From the IMG/VR virus record IMGVR_UViG_3300028610_001024, positions 13,729 to 77,728 of that record: a stretch of DNA of 64,000 bases; one strand, written 5' to 3'. Within the stretch, counting starts at the first letter, position 1. Each line of letters starts with the position of its first letter. This document shows positions 18,318 through 29,073 of this stretch, in pieces. The translations under genes and the position numbers were made by a program. The notes beneath the pieces were generated by a model that did not search any database, was not told where the DNA came from, and worked only from the letters and a program-made list of their open reading frames with translations. The stretch is from a virus.

Positions 18318-18914
18318 ATGCCTAATATAATATCAAAAAAAGTAGGTAAACCTGGACGTCCAAAAGGTAGAAAGGATTCTAAGCCTCGATCCCGTAGATC
18401 GAATATTCAGATTCAAATGGAAAATGATACATTTGATTTAGAGACACTAGGTAAAAACTATTATGAATTAAGGAAGAAAATGTATCCAGCGGGGGAATGT
18501 TTAACATTGTTAGGCTATGGTGATAGTCGACGACATGGAATGAAACAAAAGGCTAGAGCGGGAAGTGAACCAGAGAAACTATTCTTTCTAGAGCTGGCCC
18601 GTGCTGAAGAAAGGTTAAGGAAAAAGTATATAGATAAGTTTATTAAGGTCTCAGAGAATAGCCCAGCAGGGATGAATAATGTTGTGGAGAAAATGTTTCC
18701 ACAGATTCCTCGAAAGGTTAATCAGCTTGCAGTTGATTATAAGGTATTAGAAGAGATGCGTACAATTGTGCCCGAAGTTGGTGGGATGTTTATTGGGGCC
18801 TTATTAAGTAAAAAGGTGCCACCAAAGTGGCGCATAATAGCTCAGGAAGCGTTCGTGGAATTGTTTAATAATGCAATTGAGAATAGGGAAGATATGTTGG
18901 AGTTGAGGGAGTAG
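18318..18914 (+). CDS. terS: Putative terminase small subunit
   Basis: GRPKG N-terminus, HTH-like segment, then F..EL.RAE...EKMFP, the pattern of a common TerS family. Confidence 0.55.
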   Translation: MPNIISKKVGKPGRPKGRKDSKPRSRRSNIQIQMENDTFDLETLGKNYYELRKKMYPAGECLTLLGYGDSRRHGMKQKARAGSEPEKLFFLELARAEERLRKKYIDKFIKVSENSPAGMNNVVEKMFPQIPRKVNQLAVDYKVLEEMRTIVPEVGGMFIGALLSKKVPPKWRIIAQEAFVELFNNAIENREDMLELRE

Positions 18915-19787
18915 ATAGATATGTCAAAAGAAGAAGTATCTAAAGCTTTAAAAGGTGAGACGGTAAGAGATTATCTTGATAGAGTGTCCGGATTAGAGTC
19001 GATTATACGAGGTGAGGTATAATTCAAGGATATCATTATCAAGACTCAGGATCTACATAAAGGTAGTGTGTTAATAGTGGGCAAGTCTGATATGTTAGGC
19101 CCGATACCTGATAAGCCTTTACCGGAAATTATCTTGTTATGATGATGTGGAAGTGGAGTAAGTAATGCGGCGTAGATTAGTAAAGAAGATTCTAAATCAG
19201 TGTAGAAGTAGTAGAAACATTACTAATGCTGAAATCCACAGGCTATGGATAATATCAAAACGCAAAAGTGAGCAACGTACTAGACAATGGATAGAAGGTG
19301 AAGGGAGTAAGTATCTACATGAGGTAGGGGATCGACTCGTGATTATAAGATTGGGTAATGCAGAGTAGTTGGAATAGACTAAGGTTATATTGAAAAAATC
19401 TAGAAAGGATGGCATACTGAGAATAATCTAATGTGGGGGTGAGACATTTAGATGAAAGTGTTAGAAGTAGATACCAATGTAAAGTTATTCTCAGGGGATA
19501 CGTCCAGGCCCCGGAGACGAAGCCACTCCTATTCCCTCCACCTTCAGGGGGCGACCTGATGATGCTAGGTCGGTGAGGGGGGAGAAATGTTTGAACCTCA
19601 GAAACCACAGGAAGCTACCAATGTACGAAATTGAGTCCAGAACCGGTAAAAGAGAGTGTGAACTACTCGCTCTCGTCGGTGCCCCTTGGCAGCTACTCGA
19701 CGACGTTGACACCGCGGGTGACATAGCGAAGGGTGATAACGTTACCTACCAACAGATCGTCGAACGCGTCCAGGCAATGCCCCTGAG

Positions 19788-19997
19788 TTGCAACGAAATG
19801 TTAACCAAATGGCGGTTGATACTAAAGCTTTGCAGGAAATAAGGTTAATGATTCCTGAGATTGTGCCGTTATTTGAAGGGGAATTACTACGTGAGAAAGT
19901 ACCGCCGAAATTCCGGGCAAAGTGTGAAGAAGTATTTGTGAGGCTGTTTAATAATGCAGTTGAGGAAAGGGAGATGATGTTGGGGTTGGGGGAGTAA
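19788..19997 (+). pseudogene. C-terminal fragment paralogous to 18318-18914
   Basis: VNQ.AVD.K.L.E.R...PE....KVPPK...E.FV.LFNNA.E.RE shared. Confidence 0.65.
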
Positions 19998-20351
19998 AGT
20001 AATGCTTTTGTTTAGAGATCAATTGCAGGTAGTTGATAGGCCCGATGGAATACTATGTACAGCTGATGGAATTAGCACCAGTGGGAATATTCATTGCAGA
20101 GTTGAGGTAGGAAAAGATAAAGAGGGGAATCTATTTGTTCTACTGTGTGAGTTTATAAGTCTGGAAGATGTAGGAGATAACCATACTGGGTATGTTGGAT
20201 GAAGTTAGAAAGTGTAGACAGGAAACATTGAAGCAGATATAACTCCAAAACGTTGGCAATGCTATCGTCATTGGTGCGCTGAGAATAACCTAATGTGGAG
20301 TGAGATATTCTAGCCCGATTGAAAATCCTAGTAAGTATAGGATAAATACTA

Positions 20352-20609
20352 ATGAGTGAAAGTGAACAATGTGCTAGGGCTAAAGCCGATGGAATTAGAT
20401 ATCGGAAAGATCTCCAGGCTAAAGCTGATCAGTCTAATCTATTCGATCAACGTGTCCAAAAGGTTATCACTAAGCTATACGATCCAGAACGGTTAGATAC
20501 CTTTATAGATATCTTTATAGGTGCGTTCGCTCAATTGCCAGAATTAGATAAACAACGCTGGATAGAGCGGATGGCAAGGGAAATAGTTAAAGGAATGGAT
20601 TGGGAATGA
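20352..20609 (+). CDS. Hypothetical protein
   Basis: AGGA SD. Confidence 0.5.
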   Translation: MSESEQCARAKADGIRYRKDLQAKADQSNLFDQRVQKVITKLYDPERLDTFIDIFIGAFAQLPELDKQRWIERMAREIVKGMDWE

Positions 20610-20916
20610 ATAATAAACAAGAGACTACTATTACCGTTTCAGGATGTATCTTTATAATTCTTTTTACAGATGTAGTTGCTGAGGTTAAATATGAATAGTC
20701 AATATAGTTCAGTCAAATCCAAATTCATGACACCGGATGAGTTACATGAACATGGGTTGCTAATTGCTAAGAATTTACTATTAGTCACTGTGAAAGGGTC
20801 ATTATTGTAGAATGTGGTGGTTGTGATAAGGGGAGAGTATGGGAATTGAGGTACATATAAAGTAATACTGTTGGATGAGGTTGAGTTGTAGGTAGTCTAA
20901 TGAAAAGGAAATTTGC

Positions 20917-21351
20917 ATGATAACTAAACACGTTAGAGTTATGAAGAGGTGGCCCCTATTTTCTTTAAATAAAGAAAGGTGGCTACAAAGTGGATGTCCA
21001 TCTATTGAGATGGAAGTCTACAGAACGGTACCAAAAGATGAGTTCCTAGATTGTCGTCATCGTAATGGACGTCCGGGCTTAATTAGGTTTATAGAACGAG
21101 AGCAAGTGACTGCCGAGAAGGTCTCAGAAAGTCACTCTGTATGTTCAATAGGTCGAAGTCCCGATGGTTCATGGTGGGGGTGGAGCCATAGAGCCCGCTG
21201 TCGATTTAGAGTGGGGGATAGGTTATTTCGTGAAGACTTTCCAAGCCAGACAGATAATCTTCCGTTTATCGAGTGGGGTGATGTGGTGATACAGTCAGAA
21301 GACCAGGCAAGAGAAGCAGCATGTAACTTCGCCGCCTACGTGAGTTATTAA
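20917..21351 (+). CDS. Conserved phage hypothetical protein (SIG...W.GWSHRA...F..GD family)
   Basis: Motif recognised from memory; AAGGA SD. Confidence 0.6.
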   Translation: MITKHVRVMKRWPLFSLNKERWLQSGCPSIEMEVYRTVPKDEFLDCRHRNGRPGLIRFIEREQVTAEKVSESHSVCSIGRSPDGSWWGWSHRARCRFRVGDRLFREDFPSQTDNLPFIEWGDVVIQSEDQAREAACNFAAYVSY

Positions 21352-23078
21352 ATTCTTTACTTCATGGAGATATAAAAATGATTGTAGTGCAATATGGTGT
21401 AACAAGTATAGACCCCCCAAAACCCGTTTATCCCTGGGAGTAAGATAAGGGTAAAGGTTAGTAATGATAAGGTGAAAGGGTTTCAGGCGGTTGAGTGGTG
21501 TGTGAAGGGGAGAGATAACTAATGAGAATTCTACGGTCTGATAAGCCTAGATGGTTAGTTATACGGCTTCGGAGTTGGAGGGTAGCTTAACTAAAGTGCC
21601 GTTTAAGATAACGGAGATGTAGATTAGAAGTCCGGTTGGGCAGAATCCTATTCCTCGTCTGACTTGTTCAATCTCGAAAGGGAAAATTGATAGAACTTCA
21701 AAGAAATCACGAAACCGGCTGTGTTACCAGGGCATACCTGACTGTTCTTACTGGTCGCCCGTCCTTACCTTCCATTGGTGATATCGTCGAAACATTCGAC
21801 GAATCGATCACTGAGAAAGCACCTTGCTCCGGAGCCGTTCGAGCCATCAAGGATGGCTACGTTTGCATCGGTTGGTCCGACTGTCTAGAGGTCATCCCGA
21901 GTGGCTTCGACTGGGATAGCACCTATTACGGAGAAACTAGCGATGGCCGGCCATATTGGTGTGTAGGTAACCGCCGTCCTAGGTCCCACTGAAAGGATGT
22001 AGTTTTTATTGCCTTATGTGAAATCGCTAGACGATGGATTAAAGAATAATTCCTCTTAGTCAATTTCGACTTGGAACAAATTACCCTGGAGTTTAATATC
22101 ATCATGAGTGACTTAATCTTTACCGCATACGGTTTAGGCCTGATCATTGCCATTTTGATACTCTGGGCTATCGGTTCTACGTTGGTTAATAAGGCTTACT
22201 TCAAAAAGGGCAGTTGGAGTATTGACTGGCTCCCGATGAAAATTGGTTGGGACCCGCTAGATATTTATACCGAACGTGGAAAGAAAGTTGGGAGTATAGA
22301 TTTGATTGTTGTAAGGTTTAGTATTTCGTATGGGTGGAGTAGGTGAGATTATGTATTGGATTAACTTTGGAATATGGTAGACTGCATATATTGGCCTTTT
22401 AAAGGCTGAGAGGATTCACTGGGCTATAATCAAGATCTCCCCTAGGTACTCAACTTGGAAAGAATTTCCAAGGCGATTACAAAGAGAGTTACAAAGAAAA
22501 GGCGATAGTGGAGTTACTAGGCCACTTATTCCTATTTTTTGGGCTTACCACCCTTGCATGTCCTGATGAGTGGAAAGAACAATGGGAGGAAGTTGGTACT
22601 AAGGTAAAAGAGCAGTTCGCCGTCCCTTGGTATTTCAATTGGAAGTACTGAGGGAGAAGCTATAGGTAAGTTATTATTAAGATTTGGAGGAACAGGGTAG
22701 TGGTTAAAATCAGAAACAGTATCAAGGTTACTTACGATCTGACAATGGTACTTCTATTTGTGTATATGATATATACCAATACTGGGGCGGTGCGGTGGGG
22801 GCTTATCGTACTAGGAACGATAGTGCTAATTATAGGTTTCTGTAATTGGTATCTAGGGTTGAGGATAAAATGGTTAGATAGGGAGTTATTTAAGGTTAAA
22901 TGGGAAGGGTTCAGGTTAGGACGGCGGGTGCTGAGACAGAAGCGTAGATTGAGAAGGTTAAAGGGTAGTGCGTAAGAGGCAGTATAGAAAAATTGCTAGG
23001 ATTGAGTAATGTTAATGTTGAAGTCTATGAGCTGAGGTGTGGGGTTAATGTTACAAGCTACAACCCGAGGTAATTATA

Positions 23079-23462
23079 ATGGATAAACTCAACTTAGCCG
23101 CGACTGAAATAATGGAAGCGTCGAGCTTTACCCGTTCACAGGCACGTCAAATGTTACTACAGTTACAAAGTGAAAATAAGTGTAGTATTGAAACTGCGTG
23201 TCATGCTGTTATGATGGAGTTGGGAAGGATAAAAAGGGCGGGGGTTAAAGGTAGAGTTAATGGTGAGAAGTCAAGGGATAAAGTTATTGAGTGTTGCGCA
23301 TTTTGTGAGTACTTTGATGGAGAAGGGGAGATCAAGGTAAAGTCTATTAGAGATACTCTACCACAATCTGTTGAAGGAGACTGTCTAAACCCTAATTCTG
23401 AATCATTTCAAGTACGGTCAAATGAAGTTAGACAGTGTTTTATTAGAAATAGTACGTTCTGA
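23079..23462 (+). CDS. Hypothetical Cys-rich protein
   Basis: GAGG SD; CAFC...C...C. Confidence 0.55.
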   Translation: MDKLNLAATEIMEASSFTRSQARQMLLQLQSENKCSIETACHAVMMELGRIKRAGVKGRVNGEKSRDKVIECCAFCEYFDGEGEIKVKSIRDTLPQSVEGDCLNPNSESFQVRSNEVRQCFIRNSTF

Positions 23463-23469
23463 AGGTAGA

Positions 23470-24090
23470 ATGTTAATCAACCGCACACTTCGCCTACATG
23501 AAGATAGATACTATCACACCAAGTATCCTAAAACTTCTATTGTACTACATCACACCGTGGGTGGTAGTGCAGTATCTACATTTAACTGGTGGCAACAAGA
23601 TACCCGACACATTGCTACGGCGTATTTAATAGGTAGAAGGGGAACTGTTTATGAGGTATTTGAGCCTGAAAGGTGGGCATATCATCTGGGGTTAAAGGAC
23701 ACTAATAGACAATATGATAAGTCAAGTATAGGGATTGAATTAACATCAGTAGGGCCATTAACTTGGTATGATGGAGGATATTATCAATTTGGAAAGGTAT
23801 CACAGGGGACTAGATATGATGGTAAAGTGTTTGATATAACGAGAGTAATAAAGGATAAATGTACATGGCGGGGTTGGAGATTTTTTGCTGAATATACAGG
23901 TGAGCAGGTGGAAGCGTTGAGGTTATTATTGGAGATGCTGTCGAAGGAGTTTTCAATAGAGTTGACATATCCTGGTAGTATGGTGGAAGTGTTAGATAAG
24001 GTGCCCGATAGTGGAGTGTATGCTCATAGTCATGTTAGAAAGGATAAGTCCGATGTGCATTTGGGATTTGATTGGGGAGTAATTGGGTGA
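23470..24090 (+). CDS. N-acetylmuramoyl-L-alanine amidase (Amidase_2) endolysin
   Basis: IVLHHT, AYH.G, SIGIE, Q.EAL..L, HSHV..DKSD motifs. Confidence 0.9.
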   Translation: MLINRTLRLHEDRYYHTKYPKTSIVLHHTVGGSAVSTFNWWQQDTRHIATAYLIGRRGTVYEVFEPERWAYHLGLKDTNRQYDKSSIGIELTSVGPLTWYDGGYYQFGKVSQGTRYDGKVFDITRVIKDKCTWRGWRFFAEYTGEQVEALRLLLEMLSKEFSIELTYPGSMVEVLDKVPDSGVYAHSHVRKDKSDVHLGFDWGVIG

Positions 24091-24259
24091 TGTTAATATT
24101 TAAAGGTAATAAGTTCAGAAGTGGTTGGTCCTATTTAGCCCTAATAACGAATCGACTAAGGAGTAGTTAGAAATGGCAATGATCTACCAACCAATGCAGC
24201 GTAAGGGTGATCGATCCTGGGTTATGACAAGTAAGTGATGACATATTCTCCAGAAACGC

Positions 24260-24287
24260 TTGACAAGTCAAAACAGTGTGGTAGTGT
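24260..24287 (+). promoter_or_regulatory. Sigma-70-type promoter
   Basis: TTGACA-N16-(TGG)TAGTGT. Confidence 0.5.
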
Positions 24288-24322
24288 GCTATCACAAGGT
24301 AAAAATACCCCAGGAGCATAAC

Positions 24323-24970
24323 ATGAGAAAAACTTTTTTAACCTACTTGATAGGGATTATAACTGTAGCTACTACAGCATCTGCACATGTACCTCTATTT
24401 GATATACTGCCTCTACCCATTACACCAGCTGAGTTAGCTGTGTTACCCTGTGGTAGTGGGTTTATATTAAATGAATTTGAGTGGCGGGTGGACTACGTAG
24501 CAGAAACAATGTATAATTGCTATGATAATAGCGCAGTGCAAGATGGTTCTGGTTATGGGTGGTATGCTATTGGTGAGGGGGGAGTTGGGGTTGGTACTCC
24601 ATTTACTTCTAGTAGAGTAGTTAGAGTTGACTCCTCTGGAAATCTTGTAACAGAGGATATTGAAATGGTTGGGTCTGCCTTAAATGTTCCAAGTGTGTTT
24701 GTATTCCAGTTGGGAGGATTGAATGCATTTACTCTTCAATTTGGCGACCCGTCCGTTTTAGTAGGAAGCTTTCAAGTTGCTGGGGATCTATTTTCTAGCA
24801 AGTCCTGTATTATTTTGGTAGGGGGTACTACGTGTAATTTGGGATTACATGAGGTAGCACCCACAGGATTGACTGGATATACTTATACTGATAAAACAGG
24901 ATTACAGGCCTACTGTGTATTCTTAGATAGTGAGTGGAAAGTAATTATAGGTGACGGGACTTGTGAATAA
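24323..24970 (+). CDS. Secreted protein with Sec signal peptide (moron-like)
   Basis: AGGAG SD; MRKTFLTYLIGIITVATTASA-H signal peptide; several Cys. Confidence 0.65.
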   Translation: MRKTFLTYLIGIITVATTASAHVPLFDILPLPITPAELAVLPCGSGFILNEFEWRVDYVAETMYNCYDNSAVQDGSGYGWYAIGEGGVGVGTPFTSSRVVRVDSSGNLVTEDIEMVGSALNVPSVFVFQLGGLNAFTLQFGDPSVLVGSFQVAGDLFSSKSCIILVGGTTCNLGLHEVAPTGLTGYTYTDKTGLQAYCVFLDSEWKVIIGDGTCE

Positions 24971-24984
24971 TAGATGTACTTATA

Positions 24985-25194
24985 TTGATAGAAGTGATGC
25001 AAGAAATAGGTTCAGAGATTCTATCATTTGCGGATGGGTTATCAAAGATAGGCCCTGCCTTAGCTGGGGCTATTGTGTTTGGAGTAATATTAGTATTTGC
25101 ATTTTGGTTTAAATTGAGGTATGATAGGAGTGAACTTGAAAAACGGATAAAAGAATGGGAATTTGATCAGAAGAAACTAAAAGAGAGAAAGTAA
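24985..25194 (+). CDS. Small single-TM membrane protein (holin candidate)
   Basis: One hydrophobic helix and charged C-terminus; near endolysin. Confidence 0.4.
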   Translation: MIEVMQEIGSEILSFADGLSKIGPALAGAIVFGVILVFAFWFKLRYDRSELEKRIKEWEFDQKKLKERK

Positions 25195-25456
25195 TGAGTG
25201 AAGAATTTACAGGTAGTGCAGTGTCATATTATAAAGTGAAGGTAACAGATCCAGTCTCTATAAAAAACCCTATAAAGCTGAGTGCTTAGATATTATTGAA
25301 TCTCTTGGGATGTCTTTTAATGAGGGGGAACTATTTAAAGCTATATGGAGAAAATGTGCAGCTAGGACACTTAATGTAAAGAAAAAATCCCACGATGATA
25401 CGTATGATACTGAAAAAATACTATTCTACGCTAAACGAATCCAAAAAGGTATCTAA
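25194..25456 (+). CDS. DUF3310-like phage protein split by a -1 frameshift at A AAA AAC (25262-25268)
   Basis: SYYKVKV in frame 0 joins PYKAECLDIIESLGMSFNEGELFKAIWR...DTEKILFY in frame -1. Confidence 0.65.
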
Positions 25457-27088
25457 GTGTTACACTCCAACTCTTTACTTCAAAAGGTATTAAACGATCC
25501 AATCATAGCCCGTAGTGCTAGACTGGCTAGACCTACTATTGCAACAGAAACTAGACCACACTGTGCTCAGTGGTTAAAGGAAATGTTTCCCGATAGCTTT
25601 ACATTTGATTTTTCAGATAAGCAATTGGAAATATTAGATTGGTTTACTGAGATAGAGATTGACAATGTACCTGAACCTTTAGTAGGAGTACTACCTCGTG
25701 GGGCGGGAAAAACATCTATATTAGATGGGGGTACTAGTTATCTACTAGCGCATAAGACCCGTATGGGTATTTTATTTATTTCAGCTAATCTTGATAAAGC
25801 TAGAGATAGAGTTAATTCTGTTAGAAGTCTATTAGGTACAGAAAAATTTAGATCCAGGTATCCACTAGTTAGTGAACCTTTAATGGTTGGGAATCAAGGA
25901 TTTCACCAAGCCTGGAATAATAGGTTATTACTTAATGAAGCTGGGCAATTAGTTGTAGGTGCAAGTTTAAGTGGGGAAAATAGGGGACTAAATCAAAATT
26001 GTGGAGGTAGGATTGATTTTTTTGGTGGGGATGATTTAGATAAACCTTTTGATAGTGAGGAAATGACTAAACGTAGGGTTAAAAACCTAACAGCAGATAT
26101 CTTTCCAATGCGAGGACCTAAAAGACGCCCAGCGGTGTGCCTTATTCAGAATTTAATTAAAGATGATGGTATGATTGATCAACAGGTAAAAGGGTCCGCT
26201 GATTGGTTAAAGAATAGACGATTAGTAGGTCCAGTTCCGGCACTATTGGATTTTGAGTATAAAGAGAATATAGAGATGGTAACAGTTGAGGGTAGTTCTG
26301 TACCTAAGACTACTTTTTTAATTACTAGAGGGATCCCTACATGGGAGGGGCAAGATTTAAGAAAATGTCAAGAAATGATTGATGATACTGGACCGTCTAC
26401 GTTTATGCAGGAACAACAGCATGATGTGGCAGATATAGCTGGAGCGTTGCTTAGCTCTCATCATTTTAAATATACTCAAGAAGGGTTTGATTTAAGTTGT
26501 ATTTCTAAAAAGGTTGTTGGGGTAGATCCTGCCGGAGGGGCTACATGGTGTGGTATTGTTGCAGTAGGGAGGATATTGATAGATAAGCAAGTAATGTATT
26601 GCGTGTTAGAGGACGCATCGGTTAGAACGGATATTGATCTAGATGATGACTGGGCCGATACTGCGGTTTTAACAGCTTATCAGTGGGGAGCTAGTTTAGA
26701 AGTGGAGACTAATTTCGGTGGTAGAATGTGTATTGATCCATTGAAAGCAGCAATTAAAAAACTGCGTAGACAGGAACGTATTGGTAATAAATCTATCAAG
26801 ATCCATGGTACACACGCAACGATGGATAAGAAATTACGTGCGCTGGATTGGCAGAAAGCACATAAAGATGGACTAGTTTTATATCTACATAAATGTAAAA
26901 ATGGAGTGTATAAGGCTAGTGATAGGAATCACTTTACAAAGTTAAAGGGTGAATGGTGTACATGGGTTAAAGGAGAATCGAAAGGCTCTCCTAATAGATT
27001 AGATGCTCAAGTTCATGGGTTTAGAGCCATTAAGATAAATAGAAAAAGAAAAGTTAGAAATATAGGTAGTCGTCCATGGATAGCGTAG
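25457..27088 (+). CDS. terL: Terminase large subunit
   Basis: Walker A PRGAGKTS, Walker B-like FFGGDDLD, nuclease VGVDP, ETNFGG, SPNRLDA. Confidence 0.9.
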   Translation: MLHSNSLLQKVLNDPIIARSARLARPTIATETRPHCAQWLKEMFPDSFTFDFSDKQLEILDWFTEIEIDNVPEPLVGVLPRGAGKTSILDGGTSYLLAHKTRMGILFISANLDKARDRVNSVRSLLGTEKFRSRYPLVSEPLMVGNQGFHQAWNNRLLLNEAGQLVVGASLSGENRGLNQNCGGRIDFFGGDDLDKPFDSEEMTKRRVKNLTADIFPMRGPKRRPAVCLIQNLIKDDGMIDQQVKGSADWLKNRRLVGPVPALLDFEYKENIEMVTVEGSSVPKTTFLITRGIPTWEGQDLRKCQEMIDDTGPSTFMQEQQHDVADIAGALLSSHHFKYTQEGFDLSCISKKVVGVDPAGGATWCGIVAVGRILIDKQVMYCVLEDASVRTDIDLDDDWADTAVLTAYQWGASLEVETNFGGRMCIDPLKAAIKKLRRQERIGNKSIKIHGTHATMDKKLRALDWQKAHKDGLVLYLHKCKNGVYKASDRNHFTKLKGEWCTWVKGESKGSPNRLDAQVHGFRAIKINRKRKVRNIGSRPWIA

Positions 27089-27233
27089 TTAAACCTCCTC
27101 TAGGGGTTGTTCTTAGATTTATAGTTAATGATCTGAGACGAGAGACTTAGTGCTATAGAAAGGTATGAGTTAACCCCAACTCAAAATATATTACACTGTG
27201 GGAGTTAGAGCTAGATCTAATCCTTTTTAACCA

Positions 27234-28805
27234 ATGGAGTTCATCATGAAGAAAGTTGACCCTACTCACGAAGCAAATCAAATTCATAGTAGTTATGTAT
27301 CAGCTGCTAAGGCTAGAAATCTTTCTGTGGCTTATGGACATAGAGCAGACTGGTTTCGACTGGATAGTCGAATACAGAGACGATGGGTTTATCCAGCACC
27401 TAATGAATGCTTATCTGCTAGTGATGTATCATATTTACGTGGTATGAGTCGGTTTGATTGGCGTGTAGGGAAAGAGAATTGGACAACGTCTAATGTTTTT
27501 GATAGGACATTAAATACCTCAGCAGCAACTCCATTTACACATAAATTAAGTATAGATAATTGGCCACCCAAGACTGAAGCACTATTAAATGGAGAAGGTG
27601 CAGGTTTAGATGCAGAAGGAAATGGATTAAAGAGATTACATCAACAGGCGTTTGGGTCTAAATTTAAACCAGGGATTCATTTTATTAGAATACTAAACCT
27701 AGAAAGTGGCCCAGTGTGGTCACATGTAAAAGCTGATGCAATGTTAAATTGGAAGTTTAAATTAGTTAAAGATGTTGGTGTAGTTATTACAGAGGCCCTA
27801 GTTGAGAATATTCAAGAATCTGGTCATCTAGTTAGGACTATTTATAGGTTAGAGAGTAATGATGTAATATGGAAAAGCTATGTGTCAATTAAGACTGTAG
27901 GGGATGAATATATCATCTATGCCCCTAGAGCTATAAAGGATATGCAATTTGAATGGGAAGTGTTGAAAGAAGGGAAAAATAGTAAACCAGTAGAGGGCAG
28001 ATATAAGGGTTTAGGTGCTGTACCGATTGCTCCTTTTTATACTGACTGGGAAGTAAAGATGCAAAGTCCTCCGTTATTTGCTGAGGCGGCGGATTTACAA
28101 TTAAAAGTGGATAATAGAAACAGCCATTTAAACGATTTTGTTTTAAGGGTACTAGCCTCTCCAGTATTTGTAACTGTAAATGCAGATGAGGAAGATGATA
28201 ATGGTATAGTTCCTCCAGCGAGTAGTAAGGGATCTGGATTGGATTTACCCCAAGATAGTTCAGCTAGTTGGCAGGCATTAAAAGGTAGTGCAGAAATAGA
28301 TGAAATCGCTAGAAGAATAATTGAAGATGAAAAACGAATAGAGCTTATGTGTTTAAGCTCATTGGAGACTGAATATCAAGGGGATAAAAGAGTTTTAGAA
28401 ACTACTGTACGTGAAGGTAGGTCTGTAACAGTATTAGAAGCATTGATGTTATCAGATATCCCGTCACTGGATAAGTTAGCTAGATTTACAGCGCACTTAC
28501 TGGGTGAAACTGTACCTAATGACGCTAAGATTACAGCATCTAGAGTAAAGCGGGAAGGAGATAAAAAAGATTTAATTGAGAGGGCAGCAAAATGGTTAGA
28601 GTTAGATTTAATACCTAAAGAGGTATTCTATAAGATATGGAAAGAAAATAGTGAGGATATTTCAGATAAGCTATGGGAGGAGTTACAACCTTTGTTGGAT
28701 ACTAGAATAGCACTAGATGCAGATATTGAAGTTAAGGAAAAAGAAGTAAGGGATAAAGCTCAGGTTAAAGTTTCTGGTAGTATGGATTTAGACGCTGGGG
28801 AGTAG
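27234..28805 (+). CDS. Portal protein (likely start ATG 27246)
   Basis: Follows TerL; ~520 aa; LGAVPIAPFY...SPPL...ADLQ portal-like motif. Confidence 0.8.
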   Translation: MEFIMKKVDPTHEANQIHSSYVSAAKARNLSVAYGHRADWFRLDSRIQRRWVYPAPNECLSASDVSYLRGMSRFDWRVGKENWTTSNVFDRTLNTSAATPFTHKLSIDNWPPKTEALLNGEGAGLDAEGNGLKRLHQQAFGSKFKPGIHFIRILNLESGPVWSHVKADAMLNWKFKLVKDVGVVITEALVENIQESGHLVRTIYRLESNDVIWKSYVSIKTVGDEYIIYAPRAIKDMQFEWEVLKEGKNSKPVEGRYKGLGAVPIAPFYTDWEVKMQSPPLFAEAADLQLKVDNRNSHLNDFVLRVLASPVFVTVNADEEDDNGIVPPASSKGSGLDLPQDSSASWQALKGSAEIDEIARRIIEDEKRIELMCLSSLETEYQGDKRVLETTVREGRSVTVLEALMLSDIPSLDKLARFTAHLLGETVPNDAKITASRVKREGDKKDLIERAAKWLELDLIPKEVFYKIWKENSEDISDKLWEELQPLLDTRIALDADIEVKEKEVRDKAQVKVSGSMDLDAGE

Positions 28806-28884
28806 TTAGAAATAGATTTCTAGTAGGTTTGTCTGTATTGAGCTAAGCTCTACAGATCACCTATAGGAATCGTGACGTGCCATG

Positions 28885-28918
28885 AACAGGGGGGACTATT
28901 GTCCCTTACCTGTTTTTT
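28885..28918 (+). terminator. Rho-independent terminator
   Basis: CAGGGGGGAC-TATT-GTCCCTTACCTG followed by T6. Confidence 0.7.
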
Positions 28919-28949
28919 GTGCTATGCACAAGGAATTTTCGTAAATCAC

Positions 28950-28977
28950 TTGACAGGTTCAGGTGAAGGTATAGGCT
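28950..28977 (+). promoter_or_regulatory. Sigma-70-type promoter for head genes
   Basis: TTGACA-N16-TAGGCT. Confidence 0.55.
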
Positions 28978-29073
28978 AGTCGGTGGCGATTTACGATTGC
29001 CTCAGAGAGCTATTCTGCTCTCCCCCTGCTCACGGCGGGAACTACTTAGGGATTACGTCCCAGGAGTGATACC

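Noticed and set aside
19556-19562. Hammerhead ribozyme core CTGATGA
   Set aside because: No stem II followed by GAAA in the required arrangement; the motif sits in a simple hairpin
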